Shown here: positions 11,560 through 21,757 of the stretch, in pieces | Layout of the letters: each line of letters begins with the position of its first letter | How positions within the stretch are numbered: position 1 is the stretch's first letter | NCBI GenBank assembly: GCA_016200205.1 | Contig: JACQFF010000070.1 | Span: 10,692 to 74,691 of the forward strand | DNA from: Planctomycetia bacterium | GTDB lineage: Bacteria; Planctomycetota; Planctomycetia; Pirellulales; PALSA-1355 | DNA length: 64,000 bases | Direction: 5' to 3' | The notes under the pieces: generated by a model | The model's database searches: none | What the model saw: the letters and a program-made list of their open reading frames with translations, nothing else | What the model was told of the DNA's origin: nothing | Translations under genes and position numbers: made by a program

Positions 11560-14394
11560 ATGTGCTGGGCGAGGTTTATCTTGAGAATGTCCGGACTCGT
11601 CGTCGTCCTTTGCGCGACGCATGCGCTCGCCTTGGCCGTGGAGCCAACCGCGGCGGATGCCGAATTCTTCGAAAAAGAAATTCGGCCGCTATTGATCGCG
11701 CGGTGCTACAAATGTCACGGCGAATTGAAAGAGCCGAAGGGGAAGCTGGCGCTAACCTCGCGCGAGACCGTGTTGGCGGGCGGTGAAACGGGGCCGGCGG
11801 CGGTCGAAGGAAAACCGGGCGAAAGCCTGTTGATCGCGGCCGTCAACTACGAGGGCCCGGAAATGCCGCCCGAGGGCAACCGGCTGACCGCCGCGGAAAT
11901 CGCCAAACTGACGCTCTGGGTGGAGCGCGGGTTGCCGTGGCCGAAAGCCGATCCCGAGTCGCTAAAAAAATCCCAAGCGGCGGCGGAAGCCGAGCAGATC
12001 GCCGAAGCACGGCGCAGCTTTTGGTCGTTTCAACCCATCCGCGATGTACCCCTGCCGACGGTCAAAAACAGCACCTGGCCCCAAACGCCCATCGATCGCT
12101 TCATTTTGGCCGAGTTGGAAAAACGCGGTTTAAGCCCTTCGCCGCCGGCCGACAAACGCGCGCTGCTCAGACGACTTACATTCGATTTTGTGGGCCTGCC
12201 CCCCACGCCCGAGGAAATGGAAAACTTTCTTGGCGATAATTCGCCCGAGGCGGTCGAGCGCGTGGTGGATCGCTTGCTCACCTCGCCGCATTACGGCGAG
12301 CGCTGGGGCCGGCATTGGCTTGACGTAGCCCGTTACGCGGACACGAAAGGGTACGCGTTCATCCAGGACGCGAATTTTCCCTGGTCGTATACCTATCGCG
12401 ACTACGTCGTGCGAGCGCTGAACGAAGACCTGCCGTATGACCGGTTCATTCTCGAACAGTTGGCCGCCGATCAACTGCCGTTGGGGGCCGATAAGCGACC
12501 GCTGACCGCGCTGGGTTTCCTCACGCTGGGCAATGCCTTCATGAACAATCAGCAGGACGTGATTGACGATCGCATCGACGTGGTCACGCGCGGGCTGATG
12601 GGACTCACGGTAACTTGCGCCCGCTGTCACGACCACAAGTTCGATCCGATTCCGACCAAGGATTACTATTCGCTCTACGGCGTATTTGCCAGTTCGGTCG
12701 AGCCGACAATTCCGCCGTTGTTCGAAGCGCCGCCCCAGACGGAAGCTTATGCCGCGTTTGCCAAGGAGCTTGCGGATCGAGAGCGGAAGCTGACGGAGTT
12801 CTTGGATCGGAAGTACAACGCGCTCGTTGAAGGCGCGCGCAGCCGCGCGGCCGAGTATCTGTTGGCCGCGAACGCTTCCAAGGATCGGCCCAACACGGAA
12901 GAGTTCATGCTGTTGGCCGATGGCAACGACCTGAATCCCACGATGATCATCCGCTGGCAAGTTTTTCTCCAGCGCAGCCGCGGCCGACACGATCCCGTAC
13001 TGGCGATTTGGCATGCCCTGGCCGCGCTGCCGGCGGATCAATTTGCCGCGCAAGCTCCGGCGGTGGTTGAAAAATTGATCGCCGGGGAATCGCCGGAAAA
13101 ACCGCTCAATCCGCTCGTGACCGGAGCGTTCTTAGGCAAACCGCTCAAGGATTTGGCCGAAGCGGCGCGGATTTACGACGAATTGCTCGGCGGCGCCGAC
13201 AAATTGTGGCGTCAATCCATCGATCAGGCCGCCGCCGCCAAACAGCCAGCCCCGGCGGCGCTGGCCGACGCCAATTTGGAACGGCTGCGGCAAGTGTTTT
13301 ATGGTCCCGAAGCGCCGCCAAACCTCGCCCGCAGCGCCATCGGCGACTTGGCCCTGTTGCCCGATCGGCCCGCGCAAGATGTGCATAACAAGCTGGTCAA
13401 AGCGATAGAAGAATGGCGAGCCAATGGTCCCGCGGCGCCTCCCCGGGCGATGGTGCTCGAAGATTTGCCGTCGCCGGCGCCATCGCGCGTCTTTCTGCGG
13501 GGCAATCCCAACAACTTGGGCGCCGCGGCGCCGCGGCGGTTTTTGCGCGTGCTTTCGAGCGGCGAGCCGGCGGCGTTCAAAAACGGCGGCGGCCGCTTGG
13601 AATTGGCGCAGGCCATCGTGAACCGGCAGAATCCGCTCACGGCCCGGGTGCTGGTCAATCGCGTTTGGCTGCACCATTTCGGCGCGGCGCTCGTGCACAC
13701 GCCGAGCGATTTCGGCTTGAGGAGCGAACCGCCCACGCATCCCGAGTTGCTCGATTACCTGGCCAGCGAGTTCATCGAGCACGGCTGGTCGCTAAAAGGA
13801 CTGCATCGCCAGATCGTGCTCTCGGCCGTCTATCAACAGGCGAGCAGCGACAGGGCCGACGGCCAGAAAACCGACCCGCAAAACCTTTGGCTCTGGAAAA
13901 TGAACCGGCGGCGGCTCGATTTCGAAGCTACGCGCGACGCCCTGCTGGTTGTCGCCGGCGGGCTCGAAAACAAGCTGGGTGGTCCGCCGGTCAAAGGGAT
14001 CAGCGAGCCGGCCTCGACGCGGCGGACGATTTATGCCTACATCGACCGCTTGAATTTGCCGGGCCTGTTCCGCACGTTCGATTTTCCCAATCCCGATGCC
14101 ACCAGCCCCGAGCGCAGCGCGACGACGGTGCCCCAGCAGGCGTTGTTTTTGATGAACAGCCCGCTGGTCATTCAATCGGCGAAGAATCTGCTCGCGCGGA
14201 CCGAAGTGGCGGGCGAAACCGATCCGGCGAAAAAGATTAGCCGCCTGTATCAAATCGCGTTCGGCCGCGATCCGGCGGCGGACGAAATCGAGTGGGCCTT
14301 GGAGTTTTTGAGCGCCGCCTCCGCGCGGCCGGCCCTGTGGGACGAGTTCGCGCAAGGACTGCTGTTGGCCAACGAGTTTGTATTCATTGATTGA
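11560..14394 (+). CDS. PSD1/DUF1549/DUF1553 protein with planctomycete cytochrome-c-like N-terminal domain
   Basis: 944 aa. Signal peptide, CYKCHG haem-binding-like motif, then RWGRHWLDVARYADT (DUF1549) and CARCHDHKFDPI (DUF1553-type). Directly followed by its usual DUF1501 partner gene. Confidence 0.9.
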   Translation: MCWARFILRMSGLVVVLCATHALALAVEPTAADAEFFEKEIRPLLIARCYKCHGELKEPKGKLALTSRETVLAGGETGPAAVEGKPGESLLIAAVNYEGPEMPPEGNRLTAAEIAKLTLWVERGLPWPKADPESLKKSQAAAEAEQIAEARRSFWSFQPIRDVPLPTVKNSTWPQTPIDRFILAELEKRGLSPSPPADKRALLRRLTFDFVGLPPTPEEMENFLGDNSPEAVERVVDRLLTSPHYGERWGRHWLDVARYADTKGYAFIQDANFPWSYTYRDYVVRALNEDLPYDRFILEQLAADQLPLGADKRPLTALGFLTLGNAFMNNQQDVIDDRIDVVTRGLMGLTVTCARCHDHKFDPIPTKDYYSLYGVFASSVEPTIPPLFEAPPQTEAYAAFAKELADRERKLTEFLDRKYNALVEGARSRAAEYLLAANASKDRPNTEEFMLLADGNDLNPTMIIRWQVFLQRSRGRHDPVLAIWHALAALPADQFAAQAPAVVEKLIAGESPEKPLNPLVTGAFLGKPLKDLAEAARIYDELLGGADKLWRQSIDQAAAAKQPAPAALADANLERLRQVFYGPEAPPNLARSAIGDLALLPDRPAQDVHNKLVKAIEEWRANGPAAPPRAMVLEDLPSPAPSRVFLRGNPNNLGAAAPRRFLRVLSSGEPAAFKNGGGRLELAQAIVNRQNPLTARVLVNRVWLHHFGAALVHTPSDFGLRSEPPTHPELLDYLASEFIEHGWSLKGLHRQIVLSAVYQQASSDRADGQKTDPQNLWLWKMNRRRLDFEATRDALLVVAGGLENKLGGPPVKGISEPASTRRTIYAYIDRLNLPGLFRTFDFPNPDATSPERSATTVPQQALFLMNSPLVIQSAKNLLARTEVAGETDPAKKISRLYQIAFGRDPAADEIEWALEFLSAASARPALWDEFAQGLLLANEFVFID

Positions 14395-14418
14395 CTAAAC
14401 GAATCAAGGAATCCGCGG

Positions 14419-15849
14419 ATGTCGAGCGAGCAAAATCAAGATCCGCCCTTCACGCGGCGCGAAATGCTATGCCGCAGTGGCATTGGTTTTGGCATGTTGG
14501 GTTTGGCCGGCGTGCTGGCGGCTGACGGAGCAATGGCGCCGACGGCCAGCGCGGCATCGACCGCCGACGGCGCACTCGCGCCCAAAAGTCCGCATTTCAC
14601 CGGCAAGGCTCGGCAAATCGTGCATTTGTTCATGAACGGCGGACCGTCGCAAGTCGACACGTTCGATCCCAAACCGCTGTTGGACAAATATCATGGCCAG
14701 CCGCTGCCCAATCCGAACCTGCGAACGGAGCGTAAAACCGCCGGGGCCATGCGCTCGCCGTTCAAGTTCGCCAGGTACGGGCAGAGCGGGATCGAAGTCA
14801 GCGAGGTGTTTGCCAAAACGGCCGAGCACATCGACGACATGTGTATCATCCGCTCGATGGCGGCCGACGTGCCCAACCACGAGCCGTCGCTGATGCTGAT
14901 GAATTGCGGCGACGGCCGGCTGCCGCGGCCCAGTTTCGGTTCGTGGGTCACTTATGGGCTGGGCTCCGAGAATCAGAACCTGCCCGGCTTTATCGCCATG
15001 TGTCCGGGCGGCTATCCGATCGTGGCCACGCAAAACTGGCGGGCCGCGTTTCTGCCCGGGGCGTATCAGGGTACGTACATCGACACCAAGCAAACCGAGA
15101 TCGAAAAGCTGATCGAGAATATCCGTAACGACGCCACGTCGCCGGCCGATCAGCGGAAGCAACTCGATTTCGTTCGTCGGCTCAACCAGCGTCATCTCGA
15201 AGCGCGGCAGAACGACGCCCAGCTTGAATCGCGCATTCAATCGTTCGAGCTGGCCTACCGCATGCAGGGCGAGGCCGCCGAAGCGTTCGACATCAACCGC
15301 GAGCCGCAAGTGATTCGCGATTTGTACGGCTCGGGCTTGCAAGGGCGGCAACTCCTGATCACGCGGCGGCTGTTGGAGCGGGGCGTGCGGTTCGTGCAAG
15401 TTTGGAGCGGCGCGGGGCAGCCGTGGGACAACCACGACAATTTGGAAAAACAACATCGCCAGTTGGCCACCGATTGGGACCAGCCGATCGCGGCGTTCTT
15501 GACCGATTTGAAAGCTCGCGGACTATTGGAGAGCACGTTGGTGATGTGGGGCGGCGAATTCGGCCGCACGCCGGTTGCCGAACTGCCACAGCTTTCCGGC
15601 CGCGACCACAATCATTACGGCTTTTCGATGTGGCTGGCCGGCGGCGGAGTGCGCGGCGGATACGTCCATGGCGCCACCGACGAGTTCGGTTTTGCCGCGG
15701 CGGAAAACAAGGTCCACGTCCATGACCTGCACGCCACCGTCTTGCACTTGTTAGGCTTCGATCACACCAAACTCACCTACCGTTACGCGGGCCGCGATTT
15801 TCGGCTAACCGACGTGCACGGGCGGGTGGTGAACGAGGTGTTGGCGTGA
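14419..15849 (+). CDS. DUF1501 domain protein (Tat signal)
   Basis: 476 aa. Motifs: TRREMLCRSGIGFGMLGLAG, VHLFMNGGPSQVDTFDPKP, WDNHDN, and GGEFGRTP..GRDHN. Paralogous to 8075..9340. Confidence 0.9.
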   Translation: MSSEQNQDPPFTRREMLCRSGIGFGMLGLAGVLAADGAMAPTASAASTADGALAPKSPHFTGKARQIVHLFMNGGPSQVDTFDPKPLLDKYHGQPLPNPNLRTERKTAGAMRSPFKFARYGQSGIEVSEVFAKTAEHIDDMCIIRSMAADVPNHEPSLMLMNCGDGRLPRPSFGSWVTYGLGSENQNLPGFIAMCPGGYPIVATQNWRAAFLPGAYQGTYIDTKQTEIEKLIENIRNDATSPADQRKQLDFVRRLNQRHLEARQNDAQLESRIQSFELAYRMQGEAAEAFDINREPQVIRDLYGSGLQGRQLLITRRLLERGVRFVQVWSGAGQPWDNHDNLEKQHRQLATDWDQPIAAFLTDLKARGLLESTLVMWGGEFGRTPVAELPQLSGRDHNHYGFSMWLAGGGVRGGYVHGATDEFGFAAAENKVHVHDLHATVLHLLGFDHTKLTYRYAGRDFRLTDVHGRVVNEVLA

Positions 15850-15961
15850 TGCGCGGGCTTGAATCCCCCTCCGAACGTCGCGCTGCTAAGCCGCAAACGA
15901 GGCGCTAAACTCCGCTTGCGGTCTCGCGTCGCACCGGCCGATAGGTTTTGTCCAGCCGCTG

Positions 15962-17002
15962 TTACGCGCTAAAGCGAATATTCAAGATATCCCCATCCCG
16001 GATCACGTAGTCTTTCGGTTCGTGGCGCATCAGGCCGTGGGCTTTGATCTCGCGCTCGCTGCCCAGGCGGATCAGGTCGTCGCAGTTCATGGTTTCGGCG
16101 CGGATGAAGCCGCGGGCCAGGTCGGTGTGGATGTTGTCGGCTGCCTCCAGCGCCGTGCCGCCTTGGCGGAGCATCCAGGTGCGGACTTCTTTTTCGCCGG
16201 CAGTGAAATAAAGCATCTGACCGGAGGCGTCGAGCAGGGTCCGCAACAAAGCATCGCGATCGAAGTGGCCGATGCCCATCTCTTCGCGAAAGGCGTCGCG
16301 ATCGTCGGGGCTCATCCGCGCCAATTCGAGTTCCAAGCCGGCCGGCACCGCCACGGCTCGCACCGGCGGAGTGCGGGCGGCGAGCTCGTTGACAAACCGC
16401 TCGGGGTCCGCTTCGTCGTCGGCCACGTTGACCAGCACGAATTTGGGCTTTTCAGTCAACAGGCGGAAGGATCGGGTGGCTTTGAGCTGTTCGTCGCTCA
16501 CTTGGGCCGCATGCAGTTGCGTGCCGGCCTCCAAGGCGGACAGCAGCGGTTCGAGCGCCGATAATTCAGCTAGGTCTTGATCGCGATTCGGGCGCGGTTT
16601 TTTGACGCTCTCGCGCAGCCGCTCGACGCGGCCGGAGACGATTTCCAGATCGGCCAGCAAAAAGTCTTCGTCAAAGCTGGCGACGTCGGAGAGTGGATTG
16701 CTGGTTCGCTCAAACGCCGCGACGACCAGCACCAGGCAACCTGCCTCGCGAATCGACGCCAGCCGGGTCGCATTGCCCTCGTGCGTGCGGCTCAAGCCAG
16801 CCGTGTCGACCAACTCGAGCGCGGCCAGCGTGACCTTCTTCGGGTGATAGATCTTGCACAGCTCGTCGACGCGGGGCTCGGGCACCGGAGCCATGGCAGT
16901 TTGCGAAAGGTGGGCCAAAGCCGGGTCGGCCTTAACCCCGGTGAGCCATTCGAAGAGCGTGCTCTTGCCCGATCCTTGATAACCGACCAATCCAATTCTC
17001 AT
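15962..17002 (-). CDS. ychF: redox-regulated ATPase YchF (Obg-like family)
   Basis: 346 aa. The P-loop GLVGYQGSGKSTLF and the C-terminal TGS-like part YFTAGEKEVRTW..IHTDLARGFIRAE..KDYVIRDGDIL align with E. coli YchF. Confidence 0.85.
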   Translation of the reverse strand: MRIGLVGYQGSGKSTLFEWLTGVKADPALAHLSQTAMAPVPEPRVDELCKIYHPKKVTLAALELVDTAGLSRTHEGNATRLASIREAGCLVLVVAAFERTSNPLSDVASFDEDFLLADLEIVSGRVERLRESVKKPRPNRDQDLAELSALEPLLSALEAGTQLHAAQVSDEQLKATRSFRLLTEKPKFVLVNVADDEADPERFVNELAARTPPVRAVAVPAGLELELARMSPDDRDAFREEMGIGHFDRDALLRTLLDASGQMLYFTAGEKEVRTWMLRQGGTALEAADNIHTDLARGFIRAETMNCDDLIRLGSEREIKAHGLMRHEPKDYVIRDGDILNIRFSA

Positions 17003-17135
17003 AGTGAAAAGATTCTTTGCGGGCGCTGCGGTTGGGAAAAGTGCCGAAGGGCGGCCGTGTCCGGGTCAAGCTCCCTCGCCCTAACCGTCTCCCACAAGGG
17101 AAGAGAGGACCGCGGAAGTCATCGTTTGATCCTGC

Positions 17136-19490
17136 CTAGCGAGGCCGGGCTAACGCGTGTTCCAATTCGGCGAGTGCATGTTCTACCGCGTCGGCTTCCA
17201 GGTTGTCCAGGGTGCGGCCGCCGAAGCGCACGCGATAAAACGCTTCGACAATCCGCCGCGGCAGTGGCGCCAGGCGGCGCAGCTCGATCTTTTCGGCCAG
17301 GTCGCCGCCTGCCGCCAGCGCAAATTCGTAGGCGGTCTGGCTAGGCTGACGTTTCAGACCCTGCTGATTCAGGGCTGCTTCCAGCCGCCGATACATTTCC
17401 AATACGGGCCGGCCGTCCCCATAGCGCGTCCGCCTGAAGCCCGGCCGCCCCAGTGCGCCGGCTGCCCAGCGGCCGGCCAGGTACAGTGCTGCCAGGACCA
17501 ATGAAAATCCGGCGGCCACTAGTCCGCCGCGCCAACTGAACCAATGGTCGCGATACCACTCCCAAAACGTGCCAACCGGAGAGTTGGCGACCACGCGAAA
17601 GCGATCTTGCCAGACCCGCGGACTGACGAGGTTTTCGATCGCCGCGCCGACGCCCTGGGCCAGAGGTTCATAAATGCCCTGCCGCTGCCGCTTCGCGTTC
17701 AAGCCCACAACGTAGTTCGTCCACAAAACGTGGCCGTAGTCGATATACTGCCACGCGCGAGCCAGAAGCCCGTTTTGTTGCGCGGCCTGGGCTTTCTCCT
17801 GCACGCCCTCGGTCGGATCGAGCACCATCCAGGCAGCCTCCGGCGGAGTATCCTCCGAAGCGAACTCTTCGCGCGGGAGATGCTCGGCATCCAAATAGAC
17901 TTCAACCCACGTATGAGCGTGCAACTGCTGCACCTGGTAGTACATGCCCAACGGATTCCATTCGCCGCCTTTGAATCCAATGGCCATGCGGGCCGGAATG
18001 CCCTGGCTACGAAGCATCATTACCAAAGCGCCGGCAAAATACTCGCAGTGTCCCAAGCGATGCGTGGTCACGAAGTCTTCCAGCGGATCGAGCGCCGTAT
18101 CACGGCTTTGCGGCTCGAGGCTGTAGAAATAATGGCCCGAGCCGTGCAAATACTCATTCAGCTTGCGGGCCGCGGCCAGATGGTCCCCAGGATCGAGGTT
18201 CGCCTCGCGTAACGCCCGAGCGGCGACTTCGCGCAGCCCCGGAAACGGGTCGGTTTGGCCGGGATGGGCCACTGGCATTTGCAGCAACGCCGCTTTGGCA
18301 CGACCCTTCAAAGGAGCCTCGCAGGGCAGAAAATGGCGCTGCTTTTCCTCGATAATCCCGGTCGTGGCGATTTCGAATTCCACGTGCTGCGAGCGGTAAT
18401 CCTCCTGCCGAACGAGCTCGTCGCCATTGGCGTCGACACGCAGCCGCGAGTCGCGTTGCAAGGCAAACATCGGAAAGACGCAAAACAGCTCCGCCACGTC
18501 CAACGGTTCGGCCCAGATATGCTGACGCACAAAAGGCGATTTCTCTTCGTCGGGTAGCGGCTCAGGACTCGTGGCTGAGGTCTGCGTCCAGGCGCCGTTC
18601 TCATAATGCGTGACCACGGTGCCCCGCAGCAACGGTTCATTGAGCAGTTGGAACGGTCGGCCGCTGTGGCTGCGGAGAAACTGAATCCGCATCACCACGT
18701 CGGCGTTATTGACTACTTCTCCGAGCTCGCCCAACGTGACTTTTTTGGCGAATCCGACGGAGCGAAGGGCTTCACCGCTGGCGACCTGGCGATTCTGGAT
18801 ATTCCAGCGCGGCAACAAAAAGAACAGCGCCGACGTGACTAGCAAGCTGCTGGCGCAAATCAAAGTGGCCTGTTGCAATAGCCCCCAACCCAAGGTGCGC
18901 GAGTTCGGCATCGATCTGCCGAACAACACCGGTGCGCGGTGTGCGGCTAAGCGCTGGCTCGTTGATTTGGACGCGGCCCACGAGCTCAGTACGCGCGCCG
19001 GGCGGGCAACGAAGCGCGCCGCCTCGGAATCCAGCAGCAGCAAAAGAAAACTCGCGGTTCCGGCGAAAAGATACAAAAGCAGCATTCCACCGAACATCGG
19101 GCCGGGGACCAAGGTCGACGCAATCGCAACCTGTCCCAAACTCAACAGCGCCAACTGCCAATACGTGCGGGGCGTTTTGGGCTGAAACAGCAACACATAC
19201 TGCAAATACGACTGGAGGTTGGCCACGGCAACCATCTGGCCGTGACGTTCAAGCTGCGAGGCGCCGGCGGCCGTCGCCGCCACAATCCCCAGCGCCACCC
19301 AGTTAGCCGCCGATTGGCTCAACCGAAACCGGCCGGTGATGTCCGTGACATACGCCGAAACGGCCAATGCGCAGAGCGAAACAATCGTCAGCGTGGCCGT
19401 CCGATCGCCAATGCCCAACAGCATGGTGGCCAGGACGATCGTCACTGCGATCATCACCCGCAACAGATGTTCGAATTGCCTGGAATGCAT
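17136..19490 (-). CDS. transglutaminase-like membrane protein (TgpA/DUF3488-type)
   Basis: 784 aa. Multi-TM N-terminus, transglutaminase core GHCEYFAGALVMMLRSQGIPARMAIGF..HAWVEVY, and a C-terminal TM segment. Last gene of the MoxR-DUF58 cluster. Confidence 0.85.
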   Translation of the reverse strand: MHSRQFEHLLRVMIAVTIVLATMLLGIGDRTATLTIVSLCALAVSAYVTDITGRFRLSQSAANWVALGIVAATAAGASQLERHGQMVAVANLQSYLQYVLLFQPKTPRTYWQLALLSLGQVAIASTLVPGPMFGGMLLLYLFAGTASFLLLLLDSEAARFVARPARVLSSWAASKSTSQRLAAHRAPVLFGRSMPNSRTLGWGLLQQATLICASSLLVTSALFFLLPRWNIQNRQVASGEALRSVGFAKKVTLGELGEVVNNADVVMRIQFLRSHSGRPFQLLNEPLLRGTVVTHYENGAWTQTSATSPEPLPDEEKSPFVRQHIWAEPLDVAELFCVFPMFALQRDSRLRVDANGDELVRQEDYRSQHVEFEIATTGIIEEKQRHFLPCEAPLKGRAKAALLQMPVAHPGQTDPFPGLREVAARALREANLDPGDHLAAARKLNEYLHGSGHYFYSLEPQSRDTALDPLEDFVTTHRLGHCEYFAGALVMMLRSQGIPARMAIGFKGGEWNPLGMYYQVQQLHAHTWVEVYLDAEHLPREEFASEDTPPEAAWMVLDPTEGVQEKAQAAQQNGLLARAWQYIDYGHVLWTNYVVGLNAKRQRQGIYEPLAQGVGAAIENLVSPRVWQDRFRVVANSPVGTFWEWYRDHWFSWRGGLVAAGFSLVLAALYLAGRWAAGALGRPGFRRTRYGDGRPVLEMYRRLEAALNQQGLKRQPSQTAYEFALAAGGDLAEKIELRRLAPLPRRIVEAFYRVRFGGRTLDNLEADAVEHALAELEHALARPR

Positions 19491-19505
19491 GCGCGTCTCG
19501 GTGCG

Positions 19506-20675
19506 TCACACCTGGAAGTACGGTGCCAAGTCGTCGCCGGCCACGTTCACGCCGCGCAGCGAGCGATCCGTCAATTGCACATCACGCTCGGCCGCGGCCT
19601 CCCGCAGGGCTTCGTAATCGATCGGGCGCGTGCTGATCAGCAAGATCGGCAGCGACGGCGGCACCAGCGCCACGGCGTGACCCAGCGAAGGGGGAAATTG
19701 CGGCTCGTGGTGAGGCATAATGAAGGATAAGGCGTCCATCTGTTCGCGGAAAAACAGCGGCGAAGCGGTGCCGGCGCGGCAGAGCGGCTCGTGGGCGGCC
19801 ATCTCCAGAACCAAATAGCGCCCCGACTGACGGCAAGCTTCGTCAATCACGGTGGCCACGAAACTGATCGCGGTTTCCACGTTCTCAAGCTGCTCGTCGG
19901 TCGCTTCGGGGGGTTGCCACAGGTCAACCAGGAGCGCCAGATCCTGGCTCCGCCGCTGCTCGAATTGCCGCACCACGAACGATCCGCGGCGGGCCGAGGT
20001 GCGCCAGTGAATCGATCGCCGGCTGTCGCCCGGCCGCCAGTCGCGCAGCCCATAAAAATCGGCTTCCAACAAACCTCGCCGCGACATGCTCTGGCTGCCC
20101 GTGGGACTTTCGCGGACGACTTGTGCCCAATCGTTTGCCAGCCGGCCGATCTTCGGATGCACGATCAATTCTTCGTTCTGCTCCAGCAGCAGGCTGTGGC
20201 GGACAAGCCCCAGGGGAAACCGGGTCGAGACGCGCAGCGGCCCAAAGCGATATCTTCCGCGCTGTGGAAGTCGACCGTCGTACGAGACTTGCTTCGTCTC
20301 GCGCGCCGCGATGGCCGAATAGAACACGCTGACAGCCAACTTTTCGCCGGGATCTTCGAAGGTTCCTTCCCGTTGGACGACGTCCTCGACCTGGATGGTC
20401 CAGATGGTCAGCCAGCGGCGGAAGTTGGTCACGCGTACGTCGACGACCAGCCGCTGGTCGGCACGCGTTTGCGACGGCAGCTTTCGCCCTACCTCGATGC
20501 GGCGTAAAGCGAGCCGGCCGTAAATGAAGCTAAACAACAGGGGCCCGGCGAGCATGCTGCCCAGCAGCATCAGCAAATTGAGCTGCCGCGCGGTGCCGCC
20601 GGCCAACACGGCGACCACGACCAGAATGTAATAGACGCCCTCGCGACAAATCCTGATTCGGCGTTGACGAGGCAT
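19506..20675 (-). CDS. DUF58 domain protein (vWA-like, MoxR partner)
   Basis: 389 aa. Two N-terminal TM helices, then ..GLRDWRPGDSRRSIHWRTSARRG..VRQFE.., the characteristic DUF58 motif. Confidence 0.85.
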   Translation of the reverse strand: MPRQRRIRICREGVYYILVVVAVLAGGTARQLNLLMLLGSMLAGPLLFSFIYGRLALRRIEVGRKLPSQTRADQRLVVDVRVTNFRRWLTIWTIQVEDVVQREGTFEDPGEKLAVSVFYSAIAARETKQVSYDGRLPQRGRYRFGPLRVSTRFPLGLVRHSLLLEQNEELIVHPKIGRLANDWAQVVRESPTGSQSMSRRGLLEADFYGLRDWRPGDSRRSIHWRTSARRGSFVVRQFEQRRSQDLALLVDLWQPPEATDEQLENVETAISFVATVIDEACRQSGRYLVLEMAAHEPLCRAGTASPLFFREQMDALSFIMPHHEPQFPPSLGHAVALVPPSLPILLISTRPIDYEALREAAAERDVQLTDRSLRGVNVAGDDLAPYFQV

Positions 20676-20701
20676 CGATTCACCAATTGTGAAACACTAC
20701 A

Positions 20702-21643
20702 CTAGCGAGGCACGGGAACCTCGTCCACGAGGCGCGAGATCACCGTCTCCAGCATTTGGCGATGGCTCCCCTGCAAATAGCCTTTCGCGATTACCCGATG
20801 CGACAGCACCGGCACGGCCAACCGTTTGACGTCGTCGGGAATGACGTAATCGCGGTTTTCCATCAGCGCCAGAGCCTGGCTGGCTCGGTACAAACACAAT
20901 GCTCCGCGCGTGCTAACCCCCACGCGAAGTTCCTCGCAGCGACGCGTGGCATCGACGATGTCCAGCAAATACGCATTGATGCTGTCATCCATGGCCACCT
21001 GCCGCACCGCATGTTGCAGCGCCACGATCTGCGGACCGTCCAAAACCGGTTGCAGTTTTTCGATCGGCTCTCCCACGCGATGACTGGCCAATACCTGCAG
21101 TTCGTCGTCCCGATCCGGATAGCCGACGGCAATCCGCAGCAAAAAACGATCCAATTGGCTTTCCGGCAGCGGATACGTGCCTTCGAATTCGAACGGGTTC
21201 TGGGTCGCGATCACCATGAACGGTTCGGGCAGGGGATAAGTCTGGCCATCGACGGTCACTTGTCCGTCGCTCATGGCTTCCAAGAGCGCGCTTTGAGTGC
21301 GGGGCGGCGTGCGATTGATTTCGTCCGCCAAAATGATATGTCCGAAAATCGGACCCCGCGTATAGACAAACTGGCCCGTTTGCGGATTGAACACATTTCC
21401 GCCGGTGATATCGCTGGGGAGCAAGTCGGCCGTGAACTGAATGCGGCAAAAGGCGGCGGAAATACTCTTGGCCAGCGCCTTGCCGATCAGAGTCTTGCCG
21501 ACCCCCGGCACGTCCTCGAGCAGCACGTGGTCGCCGGACAGTAGCGCCACGACGCACAGCCGCACGACCTCGGCTTTGCCCAGCACCACCTGGCCGATAT
21601 TCGATTCCAGCTCGGCGACGAGGTTTTGCAGCTCGGTTGCCAT
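20702..21643 (-). CDS. MoxR-family AAA+ ATPase
   Basis: ORF 20702..21709 trimmed to MATELQNL... Walker A LLEDVPGVGKT, Walker B ILADEINR, QTYPLPEPFMVIATQNP, and a C-terminal VSTRG lid. Confidence 0.9.
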   Translation of the reverse strand: MATELQNLVAELESNIGQVVLGKAEVVRLCVVALLSGDHVLLEDVPGVGKTLIGKALAKSISAAFCRIQFTADLLPSDITGGNVFNPQTGQFVYTRGPIFGHIILADEINRTPPRTQSALLEAMSDGQVTVDGQTYPLPEPFMVIATQNPFEFEGTYPLPESQLDRFLLRIAVGYPDRDDELQVLASHRVGEPIEKLQPVLDGPQIVALQHAVRQVAMDDSINAYLLDIVDATRRCEELRVGVSTRGALCLYRASQALALMENRDYVIPDDVKRLAVPVLSHRVIAKGYLQGSHRQMLETVISRLVDEVPVPR

Positions 21644-21757
21644 CCACTCTCCCCACTCGTTGATGCCGGCGTTTGATCCGGCCGCCGCGATCCCGCGCTC
21701 TACCCCCATCCTAGCTACACCGGACGGATCGGGTCCAGGCGGCTAACAATTCGCTCA

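Noticed and set aside
12130-13782. Minus-strand ORFs 12130..13053 and 13132..13782, plus several plus-strand off-frame ORFs.
   Set aside because: They lie inside the PSD1/DUF1553 gene and are shadow frames without motifs.
17040-17135. Imperfect palindrome gctccctcgccctaaccgtctcccacaagggaagagagg between ychF and the transglutaminase gene. It translates to ..LALTVSHKGREDRG.. in a track ORF.
   Set aside because: Only a 4-6 bp interrupted stem can be drawn, and there is no second copy in the window. It may be a degenerate dispersed repeat or a weak terminator, but the evidence is too thin to call.
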